Source: Synergistaceae bacterium | GTDB lineage: Bacteria > Synergistota > Synergistia > Synergistales > Synergistaceae | DNA: 64,000 nucleotides | Direction of reading: 5' to 3' | Assembly (NCBI GenBank): GCA_031269245.1 | Contig: JAISZL010000062.1 | Span: forward strand, 5,016 to 69,015 | Part shown: in pieces, positions 1-8,697 of the stretch | How positions within the stretch are numbered: the first letter of the stretch is position 1 | Layout: every line of letters starts with the position of its first letter | Program-made: the position numbers and the translations under genes | Notes under the pieces: model-generated | The model's input: only the letters and a program-made list of their open reading frames with translations | Database searches by the model: none | Told to the model about the DNA's origin: nothing

Positions 1-40
1 CGCCCGTGGAGGCGTAGAACACGGCTATGCGGCGCGTCAT
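1..40 (-). CDS. 5' end (13 codons, MTRRIAVFYASTG) of an unidentified gene that runs out of the window
   Basis: ATG at 40-38 overlaps the TGA stop of the upstream DHH gene (ATGA coupling). Too short to assign a family. Confidence 0.3.
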   Translation of the reverse strand, partial: MTRRIAVFYASTG

Positions 41-1086
41 TGCATGGTCCCCTTGAGCAGGTCTCCGAGGGTCACGCCCATCCCGGACGAACTCTCGCTC
101 TTAGCGGCCAGCGCGGCCGCTATGCTCTCCCTTATGCTCTCCTCGTTGTAGTGGCTGGGGAAGTAGAGGGCCGCGGCGTCCCCGTGTCCCCCGCCGCGTA
201 TCTTGCGGCCGTCCTTGAGGAGCGACACCACGTGCCCGGCCAGGCCGCCGCGGCTCCGTAAGGACACGGCCCAATTGCCCCCCGGCTTGCGATACGATAT
301 GGCCGCAATGAGCGGCGCGGCGCCGCCCTCCGGCCTGTCCAGTATCGAGCCGCAGAAGTCCGAGGTGTCGCCGAACTCCAGGTATCCGTCCCCGAGGAAC
401 GCCAGCTCGCCGGATTCCCCGAGCCCTCTGACCGGGCTTCGCACCAGGTGTTCCCTCGCCCTATTGAACCTCTTTTCCTGTGACTCTATGAATTTAGTGA
501 CGACGGCCAGCTCCGGCTCGGTGAACGAGGCGCTCGGGTTGGTTATCAGCCGTGCCAGCGCCCCCCATTCGCCGCACAGGGTGACCATCGCCTGCCACAG
601 TCTGCCGTCCGGATTCTCGTTTATCCAGAGGTCCCTGTCGTTGGCCACCGACACCATGCCGCGCATCGGTTCTATCCGCTCCAGCGTCTCGTCGTCCGCG
701 TTCCCGTCCATGAGCCAGTCCCAGTACACCGCGGCTCCGCAACGGTTCATGTCCACTACAATCCAGGGGCGGTTGGAGTATCGTTCGAACGTGCTCTGAT
801 GGTGATCGAAGAGGAATGGCGCGCCGCCCTCCGGGAAATCCCTGTCGATCTCGTCGACCGTGGCCTGAAACTGCGGGGAGAGGTCGAGCGCGATCAGCCG
901 CTCCGATTTCCTGAACGCCTCCAGCATGAGGTTGTCGACCTCCCCGTATCCGGTGAGCGACACCTTGATGGGGTCCCCCGAGGAGTTGGCTCTCCATGCC
1001 AAAGCGGCGGCGACAACTCCATCCAGATCAGTGTGGCTGACGATGTTTAAGAGCCCTCGAAAAGAATTCAGGGCAACCCCTCCCAA
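37..1086 (-). CDS. DHH/DHHA1 family phosphoesterase (NrnA-like stand-alone)
   Basis: DHH motifs in order: HTDLDG, ALDLSP, FDHHQS. C-terminal GGGHGDAAA is the DHHA1 GGGH motif. Confidence 0.75.
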   Translation of the reverse strand: MGGVALNSFRGLLNIVSHTDLDGVVAAALAWRANSSGDPIKVSLTGYGEVDNLMLEAFRKSERLIALDLSPQFQATVDEIDRDFPEGGAPFLFDHHQSTFERYSNRPWIVVDMNRCGAAVYWDWLMDGNADDETLERIEPMRGMVSVANDRDLWINENPDGRLWQAMVTLCGEWGALARLITNPSASFTEPELAVVTKFIESQEKRFNRAREHLVRSPVRGLGESGELAFLGDGYLEFGDTSDFCGSILDRPEGGAAPLIAAISYRKPGGNWAVSLRSRGGLAGHVVSLLKDGRKIRGGGHGDAAALYFPSHYNEESIRESIAAALAAKSESSSGMGVTLGDLLKGTMQ

Positions 1087-1234
1087 TTTCGTTTTTTATC
1101 ACTTTGCAATGTCCGAATGATAACCACTATTCGACGATATGTACAGACTCGGGTTTATGCCGGATAATATACCGCACTTCTTATCCTGAGCGGGGAGGCG
1201 TTCCCACCTGAGTATCGTTGCCGGAGCTAAATAT

Positions 1235-2797
1235 TTGCGCGCCGCCCTCTCGCGGCTGCTTACGGTCAAGAGCGCGCGAGGGGTGTCGTTCGTCATATAC
1301 GTGATTACCATGTTGAGCAAGATCCTCGGCTATCTGAGGACGTTGATCGTTGCGTGGGCTTTCGGCACCGGGGCCGGCATGGACGCGTTCCACGTGGCGA
1401 ACGGGATCATAAGCCTGTTCGCGGGGAGCGTGGGGCAGACGCTGGAGAACGTCGTCCTGCCCGAGATCGTGCGCGTGAGGGAGACGACGGGTGACGTGCC
1501 GGCCTGCCGGCAGATAGCGGCCTTCATGTCATGCCTGCTGATACCCCTTACGGCGCTCTTCTGCGTTGCGGTGTTCATAGCTCCGGGCGTGCTGATCGGC
1601 TTTTTTGCGAGTGGGTTCGACGCGGAGCGGGTGCGCATGGGCGCGTCGATGCTCTGGTGGCTGCTGCCGTTTGCCGCCATAACGATGTACAAGCCGATGC
1701 TGGACTTATGGGCGCTCTTCACCGGGCGATTCACCCTGTCCGCCATATGCTCGTCCGTCTACAACCTAGTGGCCATCCCAACCCTGCTGCTCGGCATCCC
1801 TATGATAGGTGTCTACTCCGTCGGCCTCTCGACGAGCCTTGGTAATGGGGTGGCGTTCGCCCTCTTCGCGGCGGCGCTCGGCGGCGTGCCGCTGGTCTGG
1901 AGGATGAAAGATTTCCCGTGGCGGAGCATCGCCCGGATCGCCAAGAATTTCGTCTTCATGATGATCATCATCGCGGCGAGCACCATCTTCGTCATTGTGG
2001 ACAGGTATTTCGCATCACGTCTTCCCGGGGGGTCGGTGGCTGCGATCAGCTACGCCGCTGGGATAATGAGCATAGTCTCGCTCGCCGCCACGTCCCCGAT
2101 GAGTTTCTTCCTGTCCAGGATCAGTTCTCTCGCGGTTTCCAGCGCGGACGAGTCTCGCAGGACGGTCGAGAGCACGCTCGCGCTGGCCCTGGCATATTTC
2201 ATACCGGCGGGCGTTTTTCTGATGGTCTCGGCGAAACCCCTGATAGCGCTGGTTTACGGGTGGGGCAACTTCGACGCGAGGTCCGTCGGGATGACGTCGA
2301 CGTGCCTTTCGGCCTACAGCGTGAGCTTCGCCGTGTCCATAAGCGCCACGGTGATATACCGCTATGCGCAGGCGCTGCAGCGTCTTGGCACCATAGCCGC
2401 GCTGACCTACTGCCTGGTATTCGTCAACGCGTTTCTCGACTGGGCCATGGTGGGCCGCTGGGGCCTCATGGGCCTCGCGCTCGCCACGAGCATCACGCAG
2501 ACTCTGTCGTTCGTGCTGTACTACGCGGTGGTGATGAGGGGTTCCCCGCTGTCTTTCCTGATTCGCGTGAGGTTCTTTCACCAGATCGCCCTGGCGATGG
2601 TTTTCGCGTCCTCCGTATGGTATGCGGGGCGTTGGGGGTTAGCGGCCCAGGGCGCGTCCGCTCCGGCCGCCGCGGCGCTCTATCTCGCCGCCGCCGAGCG
2701 CCTTGGACTCATGCCGCGCGTGCCGGAGCACTGGCGTCCGTCGAGACTGGTGAAGTTTCTCGTGTCGGCCGCCGAGTCTTGCGTCAAAAGAAAATGA
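1235..2797 (+). CDS. murJ: Lipid II flippase MurJ/MviN family
   Basis: 520-aa polytopic membrane protein. N-terminus LSKILGYLRTLIVAWAFGTGAGMDAFHVA matches the MurJ signature (SRxLGxxR...FG....DAF). TTG start at 1235; alternative ATG at 1310. Confidence 0.8.
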   Translation: MRAALSRLLTVKSARGVSFVIYVITMLSKILGYLRTLIVAWAFGTGAGMDAFHVANGIISLFAGSVGQTLENVVLPEIVRVRETTGDVPACRQIAAFMSCLLIPLTALFCVAVFIAPGVLIGFFASGFDAERVRMGASMLWWLLPFAAITMYKPMLDLWALFTGRFTLSAICSSVYNLVAIPTLLLGIPMIGVYSVGLSTSLGNGVAFALFAAALGGVPLVWRMKDFPWRSIARIAKNFVFMMIIIAASTIFVIVDRYFASRLPGGSVAAISYAAGIMSIVSLAATSPMSFFLSRISSLAVSSADESRRTVESTLALALAYFIPAGVFLMVSAKPLIALVYGWGNFDARSVGMTSTCLSAYSVSFAVSISATVIYRYAQALQRLGTIAALTYCLVFVNAFLDWAMVGRWGLMGLALATSITQTLSFVLYYAVVMRGSPLSFLIRVRFFHQIALAMVFASSVWYAGRWGLAAQGASAPAAAALYLAAAERLGLMPRVPEHWRPSRLVKFLVSAAESCVKRK

Positions 2798-2802
2798 GGC
2801 GC

Positions 2803-2842
2803 AAAAAAAATCGAGGCCATGGACTGCCTCCGGGGCCTCGAT
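2803..2842 (-). terminator. Intrinsic terminator of nox (may also stop murJ read-through)
   Basis: GC-rich hairpin ATCGAGGCC...GGCCTCGAT, followed on the minus strand by T8 (A8 at 2803-2810 on plus). Confidence 0.55.
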
Positions 2843-2919
2843 TTCGCGATCAACAGGTTGGTTTTGATGCGGCTCCCGCGCTTGTCCAAACCTGTTTTAA
2901 CGCTTTACCATGTTAGACC
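2842..2919 (+). repeat. Copy A of the ATACCAATT-type structured repeat family (internal part only)
   Basis: Shares TTCGCGrTCAACAGG and AAACCTGTTTTAACGCTTyACC with 60414-60478, roughly three quarters identical by eye. Lies between the nox stop codon and its terminator. Confidence 0.7.
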
Positions 2920-4257
2920 TTACACTGGAGGCAGCGCCTGATGGGCCGCGCTGTTCAGGAAGTTCCACGGTTTGTTGAAGTGCGGCTGGAAGAAGAAGTC
3001 GACGAACGCCAATTCGTCCACCGTCATATCGTTCTGTACGCAGACCGATATGGTGTTGATGGCAGGCGTCAGATCCGCCTTCGATATAATTTGCGCACCG
3101 AGTATCCTGTGCGTGCCGCTCTCGTAGACCAGCTTGAGCTTTACCTGCTCGTAGGTCGGCATGAACTCCGGGCGGTAGTTGTCGCTGAACGTCACGGATT
3201 GCGCGTCGAAGCCGAATTTCTTGGCCGACTCCTCGGAGAGCCCGGTGCTCGCGATGCAGAGATCGTATATCTTTATCCCGCTCGTGGCCTGGGTGCCTAA
3301 GTACTTCGTCGTGTCGCGCTTCAGGTTTCTGGCGACGAGCAGCCCCATGCGGACCGCGTTCGTCGCGAGCGGTATGTAGTCGTGCGCGCGCTTGACGTTG
3401 TTCCACACCGTGGCGGAGTCGCCGGCCGCGAACACGTCAGGGCGGGACGTGTGCATGTACTCGTCGACCTTGATCGCCCCGTTGGGCAGCATGTCGAGCT
3501 TGTCGCGGAAGATGTCCGTGTTCGGGCGGAATCCTATGCAGAGGATCACAAGGTCCGCTTTGTACTCACCCTTGTCGGTCACTATCGCCGAGACCTTGCC
3601 GCCCTCGCCCTTGAACGATTTTACGCTCTCGCCCAAGGCGAATTTGACCCCGCGCTCCGCGAAGAGGCGGGTGGGCTCCTCCACGAACTCGCTGTCCAGG
3701 TATTTCGGCAGTATCTGGCGCTCCATGTCGACGACGATGACCTCCTTGCCCTGTACCTCGAAGGCCTCGATGAGCTCCGTCCCGATGTATCCGGCGCCGA
3801 CCACCGCCACCCTGCGCGCGTCCTTCGTCTTGGCCGCTATCTCCTGCGCGTGGGCGAAGTTCTTGCAGAGGAGGATGTTCTCCAGGCCGCTGTTCTCGAT
3901 CTTGGGCTGTATCGGCCATGACCCGGACGTGATGACGAGTTTGTCGTAAGTGTCGTCGAACTCCTCGCCCGTCATGAGGTTTTTGGCGCGTATTTTCTTG
4001 GCGTCGAAGTCCACGCTCAGGACGTCGTGCCTCATCCTCGCGGTGACGCCAAGCTCCGCTAGCTTCTCCGGGGAACAGTAGAAAAATCCGTTTACGTCCT
4101 TCACAATGCCCTCGACGTAGAGGGCGATGCCGCACGACAGAAATGAAATGTTGTCGTTGCGTTCGTACACCGTGATCTGCGCGTCCTTATGCAGATTTGC
4201 CGTGTTCAATATTGCCGCGGTTCCCGCGTGCGTGCACCCTATAACTATGACTTTCAT
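2920..4257 (-). CDS. nox: NADH oxidase / CoA-disulfide-reductase family flavoprotein (H2O-forming Nox type)
   Basis: MKVIVIGCTHAG dinucleotide fold, redox Cys in SFLSCG, second GxGxxG VAVVGAGYIG, AAGD motif. ATG 4257 has a GGAGG 8 nt upstream; the GTG at 4266 overlaps that SD. Confidence 0.85.
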   Translation of the reverse strand: MKVIVIGCTHAGTAAILNTANLHKDAQITVYERNDNISFLSCGIALYVEGIVKDVNGFFYCSPEKLAELGVTARMRHDVLSVDFDAKKIRAKNLMTGEEFDDTYDKLVITSGSWPIQPKIENSGLENILLCKNFAHAQEIAAKTKDARRVAVVGAGYIGTELIEAFEVQGKEVIVVDMERQILPKYLDSEFVEEPTRLFAERGVKFALGESVKSFKGEGGKVSAIVTDKGEYKADLVILCIGFRPNTDIFRDKLDMLPNGAIKVDEYMHTSRPDVFAAGDSATVWNNVKRAHDYIPLATNAVRMGLLVARNLKRDTTKYLGTQATSGIKIYDLCIASTGLSEESAKKFGFDAQSVTFSDNYRPEFMPTYEQVKLKLVYESGTHRILGAQIISKADLTPAINTISVCVQNDMTVDELAFVDFFFQPHFNKPWNFLNSAAHQALPPV

Positions 4258-4333
4258 TATACGCACCTCCTGGTTTGTTTTTTAGGACATGTCACTAATC
4301 TAAAATGATTATTATTATAGATATAATACCCCT

Positions 4334-5209
4334 ATGAGTAAATACCCCATTCTGCTAATATTTCGCGAAGGAAGATCAATTTATTTCATGTATTTCATGG
4401 GAGGCGCTAAGGTGGTGGATGAGGGAAAACTCATATTTCGCAGCATGATGGCGTTGTTCGGAGCGCTGGGCCGGTTTCCGCGGACTCGCTTTTCCGGCGA
4501 ATTTCCGGGATTGGCCCTTTTCGACAGCGGGGTGGGCTCGAGTTACGAGAACTACGCGATGCTTTCGCCTCGCGCGGCGCCGAGCGCTCTGGCGGACGCG
4601 GTGGAGTTCGGGCTGGATTTTTTCGCGCGCACCGGCCGGTCTCACGTGTGGCCGATATTCGAATGGATCCCGGATGATATATGCGCTATTTTGGAGAGGG
4701 CGGGGCTCAGGAGGGACGAGGATTTTTACGCGATGGCGGCCGACGTTCGCTTGGACAGCGGCTGCGGCGCGCCGTCCGGCGTAGTCGCGGACGCCTCTGT
4801 CAGGGAGGGTTGCGCCGTCCGCGAGTGGGCGTCGTGCGCGTGGTTCGGTTTCGAATCCGGCGAGCCCTTCCCTGAGGAGTACGTCGAGTACGCCCAAAAC
4901 ATGGCGAGCCTCGGCGAAATTTCCCTCATCGCCGCGCGCCTGGCGGCATCGGGAGAGGCGCCGCCAGGCGAGATTGCCGCTACGGGCATGTCGTTCGTCT
5001 CCGAGGGGATCTGGGGCATATACAACATATCGACGCTCCCGAAATATCGCAGGCGCGGTTTGGCCATGGCTGTGGTGCGCGAGGCGATGCGGCTGTCGCG
5101 GAGCTCCGGCGCGGAGCGAGCCGCCCTGCTCGCCACCCCGGAGGGACGGCCGCTCTATCTTCGCTGCGGCTTCGCGGATGAGGGCGCGGTGAAAATTTTC
5201 GTCCGATAG
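4334..5209 (+). CDS. GNAT family N-acetyltransferase
   Basis: C-terminal acetyl-CoA motif YRRRGLAMAVV...LLATPEGRPLYLRCGF. The true start is probably downstream of 4334. Confidence 0.65.
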   Translation: MSKYPILLIFREGRSIYFMYFMGGAKVVDEGKLIFRSMMALFGALGRFPRTRFSGEFPGLALFDSGVGSSYENYAMLSPRAAPSALADAVEFGLDFFARTGRSHVWPIFEWIPDDICAILERAGLRRDEDFYAMAADVRLDSGCGAPSGVVADASVREGCAVREWASCAWFGFESGEPFPEEYVEYAQNMASLGEISLIAARLAASGEAPPGEIAATGMSFVSEGIWGIYNISTLPKYRRRGLAMAVVREAMRLSRSSGAERAALLATPEGRPLYLRCGFADEGAVKIFVR

Positions 5210-5302
5210 GGTGTCCGGTCACGGCAATTTTAGATATGCCGCTTTTCCTCCGATAAATTATATGGAGCGAGGACTGCGGAGTTATCCAGGTTTTTTGAGG
5301 AT

Positions 5303-5722
5303 GTGATTGGTATGTACGGACAGCCCGGCGATTTGCCTAAGAATTTGCGCATTGACGCCTTTCATGAGGTGCCCTCCGTCTCGGAGGTGAACAGGGTGAA
5401 GAAAAAAGGCCGAAAGCGCGGTGCCGTCTCCGACGTCGCATGGAAGGACGCGCTGGCGGAGAGCGTGTGCGGCGCCAGTGTAGGGGCGTCGGAAACGGTG
5501 GAGGAGAGAGCCGAGGTGGTCGAGAAGGCTGCTTGGGAAGAGCCGCCGGACTCGATCAGCCCCGAGACCGTGCGCCGAGGCGGAGGGGATGAAGCGGAGT
5601 TCGACTCCATGCTGGAGGAGATTCGAAGGATGGCGGAGGTACCCGAAAAACTGCTGGAGTCGCACCTAGGCGTGTTCATCGAACCGGCGCCGCCCGGGAA
5701 GATATTGAACTCGCGGGGGTAG
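5303..5722 (+). CDS. Hypothetical acidic protein
   Basis: 139-codon ORF with G/C-rich third positions like neighbouring genes. No recognisable motif. Confidence 0.4.
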   Translation: MIGMYGQPGDLPKNLRIDAFHEVPSVSEVNRVKKKGRKRGAVSDVAWKDALAESVCGASVGASETVEERAEVVEKAAWEEPPDSISPETVRRGGGDEAEFDSMLEEIRRMAEVPEKLLESHLGVFIEPAPPGKILNSRG

Positions 5723-5830
5723 GCTGGGCCTGAACCATGACGCCTTGGCGAGCGTTTTACGCGATGTTTCATAAGGGAGGAGTTGCGCGATGCCGCCAGC
5801 ATCCTAGTGAGGTGAACCCTCGGGTATGCC

Positions 5831-6322
5831 ATGCGTGATGAGCCGGGCAGCCTTAGGAGATATCTGGCCGGCTCGGCGTACGCGAAAATTCAGGGCGGTG
5901 CAGCCGGCTCGGCGTGCCGTGTCACGATAACGGATGGCGACGCGGTAACCAGGATGCTGCGCGCCGACGCCGCGCTCTCCGTTATTTTGGACAGGCTTCA
6001 TGGTATGAGGGATTTGGCGGAGCGTTGCGCCTCCACGCCGCTCGCGGAGGCGCAGCGCCTGTCGTGCCAGGCCGATGTGGACAGGCTGAAGGACGACATA
6101 TCGAGGATATCCGGCGCAATCGCCAGGGCAGAGGGCTCGTTCGGCGGTTTGGCGGCGAGCGAAGAAATAGAGGAAAGCTTGAGGCGCATCGACAAGTCAG
6201 TCGACCGCGTATCACGGATGGCCGACTGCCTCTCCTCGAGAAAAAACGACGAGAGGATATCCGGATGGATGGACTCCATTTACGGCCCGCAAAAAATGGA
6301 GCGACCCAAATCCGCGGGTTGA
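5831..6322 (+). CDS. Flagellin N-terminal-domain-like protein, degenerate and C-terminally truncated (possible relic)
   Basis: KIQGGAAGSA aligns to the flagellin RINxAxDDAAGLA motif. ILDRLHGMRDLAERCAS...RLSCQADVDRLKDDISRIS aligns to ILQRMRELAVQAAN...RQAIQxEIxQLxxEIDRIA. There is no flagellin C-terminal domain. Confidence 0.35.
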   Translation: MRDEPGSLRRYLAGSAYAKIQGGAAGSACRVTITDGDAVTRMLRADAALSVILDRLHGMRDLAERCASTPLAEAQRLSCQADVDRLKDDISRISGAIARAEGSFGGLAASEEIEESLRRIDKSVDRVSRMADCLSSRKNDERISGWMDSIYGPQKMERPKSAG

Positions 6323-6348
6323 TGAATTTGAATCACAGTAGATTCCGT

Positions 6349-6483
6349 CGCGAGACCGTTTATCGCTTTGCGCAAGTCCGTGGCTCCGCACACTAGATAT
6401 ATCTTTGCTCCGAAAAACTTCAGCATAGCCCGCCGGCGCTCTTGGAACAGGTGACTGACTATTTGGCGCTTACCATTTGACAA
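6349..6483 (-). mobile_element. IS66-family relic (first ~26 codons of accessory gene tnpB/orf2)
   Basis: MLKFFGAKIYLVCGATDLRKAINGLA matches the IS66 Orf2 N-terminus (xIYLACGxTDMRKxIDGLA). Similarity stops abruptly after this, and there is no DDE transposase. Confidence 0.6.
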
Positions 6484-6501
6484 TGTCAGTTCGCCGGTTT
6501 G

Positions 6502-8697
6502 TCATTTCCGCGTCATCGTCCAAACGCCGTCCCAATTTTGCGGCGGGTTTTGCGCGAGTTTCATCGCGCGGTTGGCGAATATGCCATACAGAGTTCTTTC
6601 GGGATAGTCGCGGCTCATTTCGTTGAACGCCGCTTGGGCTTCATAAAAATTTCCAGCCAGGTAAATTTCCACCGCCGAGGACCATCTTTCGAACTCTTCC
6701 CCGCGCGTCCGCCATTCCTCCGACCGCATTGGGGCGTAGATTTTTATCGGCTCGCTCTTCCCTTTCACCCTTATCGTGTCGAGATACTGATACGCGAAGG
6801 ATTTCCCCGCCTCGCTCATGGTGCCACCGCTCGTCACTGCCGGCACGCCGTACTCGGGGCACAATCCCTCCAGGCGCGATGCGAGGTTCACGTTGTCCCC
6901 TATCAGTGTGTAATTCACCAGATCGCGCGAGCCCATGTTGCCGACATACGCCGTGCCGGTGTGTATGCCCGCTCCCATTCGCAACGTCAGGCCGAAATCC
7001 GCCTTCAGTTCGGCGTTCAGGGCTTCAAGGCGCTCGCCCATCGACAGCGCCGCCTCCAACGCGCGGCTGGCGTGATCCGGTGTCTCGACCGGGGCGTTCC
7101 AGAACGCCATCAGCGCGTCGCCTATGAATTTGTCCAGCGTGCCGTCGCTCTCCTGCACCAGCGCCGTCATCGGCGTGAAATAGCGGTTCAGCAGGTTCAC
7201 CGTCTGCCGCGGTGTGAGCCGCTCGGATATCGACGTGAACCCCCGTATGTCGGTGAAAATTATGGACAGCGTCCGTTCCTCGCCGGCCAGCAGATCGCCC
7301 TTCTCCAGCATCACGCGGTTCGCCACCCTGGGCGAGACGTAACGCGAGAAAGTCGCCTTGATGCGTTTCTTCTGCCTGTTTTCCTGCCAGAAGCGCAGGA
7401 CAAGGGTCAGCGCGCCGCTCATCGCGACCGTCAACACCGCGTACATCGGCGACACGAAATAGCCTTTCGTGAAAAGATACCTCGCGAGGCATATAGGCGT
7501 GCCCGCCATGCCCGCCGCGAGCGGGACGTACAGTACCGGGGAGGCGAACGCGAACAGCGCCGCGGAGAGGATTCCGGCCATGAAGATATACGCCAGTTGC
7601 ATGTCGGCCGTCCATGAGGGCATGACGATCGAATTTCCGGCGAGCAGCGCGTCAATGACGGCGGCGTGGACTTCCACTCCGGGATAGACTCTGTCCAGCG
7701 GAGTGGCGCGAATGTCGAGCAGTCCGGCCGACGATGTCCCGACGAAGGCGATCCTGTCCAGCAGTTTGTCGCTGGGGATTTTCCCCTTCAGCACGTCCGC
7801 GGCACTGTAGTAGGGATATGTCCTGCTCGGCCCGATGAAGGGGATATACATCTCGCCGCGCGGGTTCACGTTCGCGCCTAAGCGCCCCATTAGCACGGAT
7901 TCCAGTCCGTCGGGGCCGGACGTGACCATTATGTCGGACGTCCCGGCGGCGGTCATCAGGGCGCGCAGCGCGAGCGACGGGTAAATGTACTCGCCGGCCC
8001 GGAGTATCAGTGGGATTTTGCGCATGATGCCGTCGGGATCGGGATCGATGTTGATGAAACCCACAGCCGAGTTCGCCCTAAGGGATGGGAGAGGCAGGAT
8101 GGCTCCATTCGACGACGACAGGCGCGGTTCGTACGGAATCGCGCCAGGACGTTCCCTCAGATGGATTTTTAACGCGTGAGCCCCGTCAGGCGCTTCGGCT
8201 TCGGCGGCGGAGCTTGCGTAAGCCCCCAGAACGACGGGTGATTTTGCCGCCGCGTCCGCGAACAGGGCGTCATAATCGCGCAACTGGTCCGGCAATCCAG
8301 TGAAATCCACGCTTATGCCGCAGTCGCGCCTGAGATACGACGCCACCTGTGACGGCGAGGAGTTGTCGGATTCGGCGAAAATTATGTCTATGCCGATCGC
8401 CGCCGCGCCGTAATCACGGAGCGCGTTTACGAGGTCGGCGACGAGATAGCGCGGCCAGGGCCACTGGCCAAGCTCGGAGAGCGACGCCTCGTCTATGTCG
8501 ATTATGACGGGGACGTCCGACGGCGACGATGCCGCGCGCAGGGGGAGCAGCATGTCGTATATCCTGAAATCGAGCCGCGTGAGAGTGGCAGGCCGCGAGA
8601 CGCAGATCACGGCCATCGCCGCGATCACGAACGCGCCTACGGTAAACGCGGTGAAGGCTCTGCCGCGGAACTGTCCCGCCGCCATATATTCCGTCAT
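6502..8697 (-). CDS. CHASE2 sensor domain-containing class III adenylate/guanylate cyclase
   Basis: N-terminal TM, a large periplasmic domain, then 3 TM. Cyclase motifs IIFTDIRGFTS, DKFIGDALMAFWNAP, GDNVNLASRLE. TPR-like tail. The start overlaps the upstream stop. Confidence 0.85.
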   Translation of the reverse strand: MTEYMAAGQFRGRAFTAFTVGAFVIAAMAVICVSRPATLTRLDFRIYDMLLPLRAASSPSDVPVIIDIDEASLSELGQWPWPRYLVADLVNALRDYGAAAIGIDIIFAESDNSSPSQVASYLRRDCGISVDFTGLPDQLRDYDALFADAAAKSPVVLGAYASSAAEAEAPDGAHALKIHLRERPGAIPYEPRLSSSNGAILPLPSLRANSAVGFINIDPDPDGIMRKIPLILRAGEYIYPSLALRALMTAAGTSDIMVTSGPDGLESVLMGRLGANVNPRGEMYIPFIGPSRTYPYYSAADVLKGKIPSDKLLDRIAFVGTSSAGLLDIRATPLDRVYPGVEVHAAVIDALLAGNSIVMPSWTADMQLAYIFMAGILSAALFAFASPVLYVPLAAGMAGTPICLARYLFTKGYFVSPMYAVLTVAMSGALTLVLRFWQENRQKKRIKATFSRYVSPRVANRVMLEKGDLLAGEERTLSIIFTDIRGFTSISERLTPRQTVNLLNRYFTPMTALVQESDGTLDKFIGDALMAFWNAPVETPDHASRALEAALSMGERLEALNAELKADFGLTLRMGAGIHTGTAYVGNMGSRDLVNYTLIGDNVNLASRLEGLCPEYGVPAVTSGGTMSEAGKSFAYQYLDTIRVKGKSEPIKIYAPMRSEEWRTRGEEFERWSSAVEIYLAGNFYEAQAAFNEMSRDYPERTLYGIFANRAMKLAQNPPQNWDGVWTMTRK

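Noticed and set aside
6499-7617. 372-aa plus-strand ORF opposite the cyclase gene
   Set aside because: It is antisense to a motif-complete CHASE2 cyclase, and its Arg/His-rich translation has no motifs.
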